DNA of 64,000 nt from a virus: IMG/VR virus record IMGVR_UViG_3300045988_098456, one strand, 5' to 3'. Positions 59,296 to 64,000 of the stretch are shown one piece after another. The notes below the pieces were generated by a model. It saw only the letters and a program-made list of their open reading frames with translations, was not told the DNA's origin and did no database searches. Each line of letters begins with the position of its first letter. Positions within the stretch are counted from its first letter, which is position 1. Position numbers and translations under genes: made by a program.

Positions 59296-59772
59296 CTATA
59301 GAAACTCTTTATTTAATTCTGCTTGCCTCTCCACCTGCGTCTGCCATACCATATAAGCATGGTCTTGTGGAGTAGGTATGTATAATCCTCTTTCCATAGA
59401 GCAATGATGAAGCCATCGGTCTATACATAAAGACATTTCTTCTTTGTCAAGGTCTGGTATGTGCCTCCAATATTGGAAGGTCTTGCCTTGTTTATTCTCA
59501 CGCTCCCTAAGAAAAACATCCTTATTTACACGTTTGAACTCTTGTTCGATATAGTCCTTAGTATATCCTTCTTCGATAGCTACGTAAGTGATTGTTACCC
59601 ACAGATAAGCATTCTGCTGGATTGTCCTAGATTGTTGCCTCTCTTTAAGGTCAACAACAAAGAACTTCTCATTATAATAATCACCTTGTAGTTTCTTGGC
59701 TTTGGTTATCATAGCCCTGGTTCGTTCCTCGAACTTTTCAAGCTCGACCGGATTCAACATATTATATACCAT
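59296..59772 (-). CDS. NinB/Orf-like recombination mediator
   Basis: RQQSRTIQQNAYLWVTI motif. Confidence 0.55.
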   Translation of the reverse strand: MVYNMLNPVELEKFEERTRAMITKAKKLQGDYYNEKFFVVDLKERQQSRTIQQNAYLWVTITYVAIEEGYTKDYIEQEFKRVNKDVFLRERENKQGKTFQYWRHIPDLDKEEMSLCIDRWLHHCSMERGLYIPTPQDHAYMVWQTQVERQAELNKEFL

Positions 59773-59820
59773 CTTTCTTTAATGAAAGGTGGAGAAAATT
59801 AATTCTCCACCATAATAAGT

Positions 59821-60273
59821 TTAAAATGGCGCATCATATGTGTTAGTGCCACTCGGCTGTGCTGGTGGAATTGGTGCTGAACCTGCGGCTGGATCTTGTG
59901 GTGGAAAAGGATTATTAGCAGCAGCTTGCATGCCACCTTGTGGCGCATTGTTCTGTGCTTCAATCTTTTGCATTTTGTAGCCACGAACAGATGTAAACCA
60001 GTCTGTTGTGCCATCCTTCTTTGTTCCTTGATATGATTCAACGTCAAAGAATACTTCAGCAATATCCCCGACTTTAAAACCATCCGGTACATGTACATTC
60101 TTACCACTGAATTCAAAGATGATGCGCTTTTCGTAGCCACGTTCACCTGTCAAACCATCGAAACGTGTTGCGTCGAGCATCAAACGTCTCTTTTCAAATG
60201 GTTCTTTACCTTGTCTCTGAATAGATTGAATGCCTTCGATAGCAACAATCTTACCTTTATAACTATTAGCCAT
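59821..60273 (-). CDS. single-stranded DNA-binding protein (DUF3127-type OB fold)
   Basis: OB-like N-domain, P/Q/G-rich linker, C-terminal tip YDAPF resembling the SSB acidic tail. Confidence 0.6.
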   Translation of the reverse strand: MANSYKGKIVAIEGIQSIQRQGKEPFEKRRLMLDATRFDGLTGERGYEKRIIFEFSGKNVHVPDGFKVGDIAEVFFDVESYQGTKKDGTTDWFTSVRGYKMQKIEAQNNAPQGGMQAAANNPFPPQDPAAGSAPIPPAQPSGTNTYDAPF

Positions 60274-60301
60274 AACTTAAAATATTTAATAAAACAATAA
60301 A

Positions 60302-61228
60302 TTATCCAACTCTTTTCAAGGTCAAACTTGGCTTTACCTTAGTTACCTTTTTATACTTTTTCAATAGATGGTTGTAAGCCTCTTCGTCATCCGCATCAAA
60401 AGCCTTCGTGTCTAACGTAACCCTCTCAGAAGCAGACTTCAAGGAATAAGTGTAAATTGAAGTTTTATAAGATGTGAGGTTGTCATTTGACATACCATCA
60501 AAGATAGCTGCCTTCAACTCCTTTTCCTGTTCTTGCAATTTAGCAATGCGATCTTGAACGTCCATGAGTGCGATTTCGTTATCTATAATGTAATAAGGTG
60601 TTTTTGTATCATCATTATACAAACGACCTTCTTTCTCGCATCGGAACAATTCTTTAACATCACTAGCAGGTCTTGGCTTGCCTAATGGGATTAGTTTACA
60701 GATTGTTCCACGATTCTCGTCATCACGCAACCACATACAACATATACGTGTAACCTTCAGATGAGGATTCAATGTTTCGAAACCGAACTTATACATCGAG
60801 TTCTGCCAACGCACATACTCCTTATTAACGGAATAAGTACCCTTAATATCCCAAATCTCAACCTCATCGTCCGGTGCATCATCCTTGTGCATCACCAAGT
60901 CTATTGCACTTGCATGGTCTTCTCCGATTCGAAGGACATATTCGCTACCTATAATCTCATATCCATTCTTCTTGATATAAGCGACAAAATCCTTGACACT
61001 CTCTGAGGCTGGCTCAATGCCCAATGAAGCAAACAACTCTACCTGCTCATGGATAATAGTGCCTTTTTCGGCAGCTTTCTTCAATACCTCTTCGCTTACG
61101 TTAGAGTACATATTGGGGAATACATACTGATGAAGCATACCTGTAATGCCACTTAATTCACGACCATCATAAAAGTACTGATGTGTGGAGTCCTCATAAA
61201 GGACTCCGCTGTTATTCAATTGTATCAT
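60302..61228 (-). CDS. PD-(D/E)XK exonuclease (YqaJ/RecB-like)
   Basis: IDLVMH...VEIWDIKGT (D..E.K) and pairing with the annealase gene. Confidence 0.65.
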   Translation of the reverse strand: MIQLNNSGVLYEDSTHQYFYDGRELSGITGMLHQYVFPNMYSNVSEEVLKKAAEKGTIIHEQVELFASLGIEPASESVKDFVAYIKKNGYEIIGSEYVLRIGEDHASAIDLVMHKDDAPDDEVEIWDIKGTYSVNKEYVRWQNSMYKFGFETLNPHLKVTRICCMWLRDDENRGTICKLIPLGKPRPASDVKELFRCEKEGRLYNDDTKTPYYIIDNEIALMDVQDRIAKLQEQEKELKAAIFDGMSNDNLTSYKTSIYTYSLKSASERVTLDTKAFDADDEEAYNHLLKKYKKVTKVKPSLTLKRVG

Positions 61229-62172
61229 ACTAATCTCGATTTGAATTGTGTCAACTTAGCTAAGAACTCTGCATTCTTTTGATATTCGGGATAAGCATCA
61301 TAAACTGCTTTTAAATCCTTCTTGCTCTGTGCGAGTTCCATCTTTCGTAATGCACATTTGCGTTTAAACTCTTCGGACTTCTGAAGGTCTGGGAATCCGT
61401 TCCAAACTCTATCTACGTCCTCCCAAATTTGAGCCTGTTGCAATTGTGGATAAGCATATTGTTTTTGCTCATTAAGATTTTCGTCTTTTTCTTCCTCGCT
61501 CTTTGGAGCTGGTTCTGAGTAACCATATACTTCTTTCTGTTTATTCATCCATTCAAGAACTTCTTTCTCGGTCATGCCGCAATACCAACGTACAATGTTA
61601 TTTTCATCTTGAATGATAAGTTTTGTAATACATCTGTTAGTATAGCCTACATATCCAACATGGAAAATTGTCTTCAACTTTCCGCTTGGAGAATATTCAG
61701 AGTTTCGATTGAGATTGATGAATATCTTCTTGGGAGCGGTATACAATTCTCGACCGATACCCAAACAAGAGCAAGCACGCTTGAAAGAATCACTTGCTTG
61801 ACCTTTAACGGCTTCAGTGTTACTTGGCGTACCAACATCTTGTTTATCTATCCAACCGATACCTTCTTTATAAACGGAAACCGTACAAAAGAGGTTTTGA
61901 CCAATAAGCTCATGTTTACGTTTCCAACCATAGATGCCGAACTTCTCATCTAATCGTCTCATGTCACATCTTGCGTCCTTGTAAAGCAACAAGGAACACC
62001 AGTCCGGTGACTTCTGATTACCACCTTGACCGACACGGACTTCTATCTCATCCGCATCAAGGAGGCGAAACTCATAATCCTTAATTTCTTCGCTCTGCCC
62101 TTCTACAGGCTTCGCTGCCTTATTATCTGCCATAGTTGTATATTTTAAATAATCATTTTCTTTATCTGACAA
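61225..62172 (-). CDS. Rad52/Sak-like single-strand annealing protein
   Basis: GQASDSFKRACSCLGIGRELY block. Confidence 0.7.
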   Translation of the reverse strand: MSDKENDYLKYTTMADNKAAKPVEGQSEEIKDYEFRLLDADEIEVRVGQGGNQKSPDWCSLLLYKDARCDMRRLDEKFGIYGWKRKHELIGQNLFCTVSVYKEGIGWIDKQDVGTPSNTEAVKGQASDSFKRACSCLGIGRELYTAPKKIFINLNRNSEYSPSGKLKTIFHVGYVGYTNRCITKLIIQDENNIVRWYCGMTEKEVLEWMNKQKEVYGYSEPAPKSEEEKDENLNEQKQYAYPQLQQAQIWEDVDRVWNGFPDLQKSEEFKRKCALRKMELAQSKKDLKAVYDAYPEYQKNAEFLAKLTQFKSRLV

Positions 62173-62426
62173 GAAACAACAAGTTCATTGATTTCTTTGA
62201 GAGAATAATATCTAGGTGAGTTTTTACTATCACCTACATATTCTTTCATTAACCTATTCTTGACCCATTTGTCAATCATCTGCTTTTCGAATCCTTTTGA
62301 TGCGAGATAGCATTCGGCATCCTTTCTGCGTATCCTGTCGGAACGCAACCCCATTTCAAATTGGGCATCCATCCGTCCCGCTTGAAATGCGACTGATACT
62401 AATTGCTTAATCTCGCTTAATGACAT
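62145..62426 (-). CDS. first gene of the leftward early operon (93 aa; possible Cro- or Xis-like)
   Basis: Position only. Confidence 0.45.
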   Translation of the reverse strand: MSLSEIKQLVSVAFQAGRMDAQFEMGLRSDRIRRKDAECYLASKGFEKQMIDKWVKNRLMKEYVGDSKNSPRYYSLKEINELVVSCQIKKMII

Positions 62427-62435
62427 ATTATTTCG

Positions 62436-62459
62436 ACAGTTTTTATGGTGTGTCTCACC
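62436..62459 (-). promoter_or_regulatory. leader hairpin box, copy 5
   Basis: Reverse complement reads GGTGAGACACACCATAAAAACTGT; ends 9 nt before the ATG at 62426. Confidence 0.75.
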
Positions 62460-62494
62460 TTTTTATGTAGTATTACAAAAAATATATTAAATTT

Positions 62495-62526
62495 CTTGCA
62501 AGTTACGATATTTTTATGTATATTTG
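62495..62526 (+). promoter_or_regulatory. rightward promoter CTTG-N20-TATATTTG (repressor gene)
   Basis: 20-nt spacer. Confidence 0.65.
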
Positions 62527-62550
62527 CAACATATTTAATGTTTACGAGTG

Positions 62551-62582
62551 CAAAGATAAGAAAAGTATCGCAAATATGCAAA
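62551..62582 (-). promoter_or_regulatory. leftward promoter TTTG-N20-TATCTTTG
   Basis: Plus-strand CAAAGATA-N20-CAAA; predicted start lies to the right of the rightward start. Confidence 0.7.
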
Positions 62583-62688
62583 TAAATTAGTGTTTAAATA
62601 TACTATATTAACCTTTATTATCTTTAAACTCTAAATCTTTACATAAATTAAGTTACACATGCGCTTACTGCGTATTAAATTTTAGGTT

Positions 62689-63819
62689 ATGAATAGTGCA
62701 TACGAAAGACTGAAGGCTGTAATCACTGCTTTGGGTTACACTTCAAATGAAAAATTCGAGGATACCGTAGGCTTAGGACATGGATTCGTCAGCCGTATAA
62801 CTAATCGTGTGTCTTCCAAAAGCTTGCAAGCTATAACGAAAAAATTTCCGCAGGTAAATCCAAGTTATATTAGGACGGGAATGGGAGAAATGTTCATCTC
62901 TTCACCTATAAAGGTAAGCGAAAACGAAAACGCAAAGACTAGACTGCGTAAGTATCTTGAATATAAAGGAATTACCAAACGTGAATTTTGCGACAAAGCT
63001 GACGTGGCCTCTAACTTTCCAATCATAGGGAAGAATGGTGTATTCACGGCAAGGGTATCTTATAGAGTAAATTCTAAATTCCCAGATCTTAATATGGATT
63101 GGCTAGCTAATGGAGCTGGTGAAATGTTGCAGCCGGAGGCTAATATTGAGAAATTCAACAACTACAAAAGCAGAATTGCGCCATTCTGTACAGAGATGGG
63201 AATTAGTACTACATTCTTCTTGCGGAAGTGCAAGAGCTATACCAGTGCAATTAGCAGATTGCCGGATATGCCTAGCGAGACTTTCTTGAAGAATATCTCT
63301 TTGGCTTACCCTCAGCTAAATCTGAATTGGCTTAAGACCGGAGAAGGAAAGATGTTTAACGATGACATCAAATCGAATATCAATTCAAGCGTCAGCTTTG
63401 TTCCTCTTGTTCCACAGATGGCTTATGCTGGTTATCTCAGCGGATATGCAGATGATGTATATATATCATCGCTCCCAACAATCCCTATTGTAAAGGAAGA
63501 TAAAGAAAAGTACGTAGCATTCGAGGTAAGCGGTGATTCTATGGATGATGGCTCGTCTAGAGCTTATCAGAATGGAGACATCGTTATATGTAAAGTCTGC
63601 CCTGACTACATTGTAAAGAGCAATGGACTTCATATAGACGGAAAGGAATATATCATAGTTCATAAAGAAGGTATTCTGTTGAAGCGTATCATTGACTTGG
63701 ATATGAATAATGGAAAGCTTATATTGCGTTCCTTTAATCCTACCTATCGTGATTTAGAGTTGGATTTAGCAGATGTGAAGCAGCTCTTAGTTGTGGAATA
63801 TCAGCAGAAAAGGAAATGA
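62689..63819 (+). CDS. CI/LexA-like repressor: three N-terminal HTH repeats + S24 peptidase
   Basis: Repeats end NPSYIRTGMGEMF, NMDWLANGAGEML and NLNWLKTGEGKMF; C-terminal FEVSGDSMDD...ILLKRI (Ser/Lys dyad). Confidence 0.8.
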   Translation: MNSAYERLKAVITALGYTSNEKFEDTVGLGHGFVSRITNRVSSKSLQAITKKFPQVNPSYIRTGMGEMFISSPIKVSENENAKTRLRKYLEYKGITKREFCDKADVASNFPIIGKNGVFTARVSYRVNSKFPDLNMDWLANGAGEMLQPEANIEKFNNYKSRIAPFCTEMGISTTFFLRKCKSYTSAISRLPDMPSETFLKNISLAYPQLNLNWLKTGEGKMFNDDIKSNINSSVSFVPLVPQMAYAGYLSGYADDVYISSLPTIPIVKEDKEKYVAFEVSGDSMDDGSSRAYQNGDIVICKVCPDYIVKSNGLHIDGKEYIIVHKEGILLKRIIDLDMNNGKLILRSFNPTYRDLELDLADVKQLLVVEYQQKRK

Positions 63820-63936
63820 TAATGTAAAGTATATTTGTATGTTCTGTGGAGTAGGCTTGCATAAAATGTCGCAAAATTGCCGCAAAATGATTATTCGCCT
63901 ATAGCGTAAGTTGCTATTGTTTAGGCATTTTATTGG

Positions 63937-63994
63937 TGTTCCGTATAACAGCCTTCTAAGCTGTGGGTCTTGGGTTCGAACCCCAACGGAATCA
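63937..63994 (+). other. tRNA-Arg(TCT)-like element lacking the D arm (pseudo-tRNA or att core)
   Basis: Anticodon arm ACAGC-CTTCTAA-GCTGT, T arm TTGGG-TTCGAAC-CCCAA and acceptor 3' strand CGGAATC are intact; only TATA lies where the D arm should be. Confidence 0.55.
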
Positions 63995-64000
63995 CTATAA

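Noticed and set aside
59799-60146. Track ORF of 115 aa on the minus strand
   Set aside because: It is an alternate frame inside the SSB gene (59821..60273). Its His/Gln-rich translation is typical of a frame-shifted P/Q/G linker.
62485-62681. ATTAAAT half-sites (62485, 62531, 62672) as repressor operators
   Set aside because: The region is extremely AT-rich, so a 7-mer recurring three times is not distinguishable from chance without statistics.
1-64000. Stop-codon reassignment, as seen in some gut phages
   Set aside because: No tRNA with a CTA, TCA or TTA anticodon was found. ORFs are contiguous and tightly packed under the standard code, using TAA, TAG and TGA stops.
1-64000. CRISPR arrays, diversity-generating retroelements and retrons
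   Set aside because: No regularly spaced repeats, no reverse-transcriptase-like ORF and no template/variable repeat pair were seen by eye.

Overview
Gene-dense 64-kb segment (about 135 CDS, most under 150 aa, plus 7 tRNAs) of a tailed dsDNA phage or prophage. Its expression signals are Bacteroidota-type: eleven (T/C)TTG-N20-TAnnTTTG promoters and essentially no Shine-Dalgarno use. Several proteins look like Bacteroidota-associated families (DUF4494, DUF3127-type SSB, DUF2693, DUF4373-type initiator). Layout: (1) 1-12.2 kb, rightward array of tiny accessory genes joined by reiterated start-associated cassettes, interrupted by one leftward XRE regulator. (2) 12.46-18.74 kb, a 2091-aa tape measure protein isolated between two terminators. 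(3) 18.9-20.3 kb, ThyX and RNase H. (4) 20.4-24.8 kb, small genes. (5) 24.9-25.6 kb, a promoter-to-terminator cassette of five tRNAs. (6) 26.1-27.9 kb, an amidoligase plus class-II glutamine amidotransferase cassette. (7) 28.0-33.5 kb, head and tail morphogenesis genes (scaffold, capsid, connectors, tail tube, chaperone with a -1 frame extension). (8) 34.4-41.3 kb, a DNA-modification island: C5-MTase, three beta-class amino-MTases, a Mom-like acyltransferase and two HNH nucleases. (9) 41.5-51.1 kb, a second accessory array paralogous to the first, including a DUF2829/Tad2-like gene. (10) 51.1-62.4 kb, leftward nucleotide-metabolism, replication and recombination genes (dUTPase, DUF1599, HU, initiator, SF2 helicase, NinG, NinB, SSB, exonuclease, Rad52-like annealase) with two more tRNAs embedded. 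(11) 62.4-62.7 kb, a switch region with overlapping opposed promoters. (12) 62.7-63.8 kb, a triple-HTH S24 (CI/LexA-like) repressor. (13) 63.94-63.99 kb, a D-arm-less tRNA-Arg-like element that may be an att core. No terminase, portal, baseplate, lysis or integrase gene is recognisable in the window. The signals I consider most novel are: a conserved leader hairpin box present on both strands; a tRNA set with non-canonical anticodon loops, including one 8-nt loop; a structured three-way-junction leader RNA; the reiterated start-associated cassettes; and the amidoligase/GATase cassette. All family assignments come from motif recognition by eye. No database search or folding program was run.
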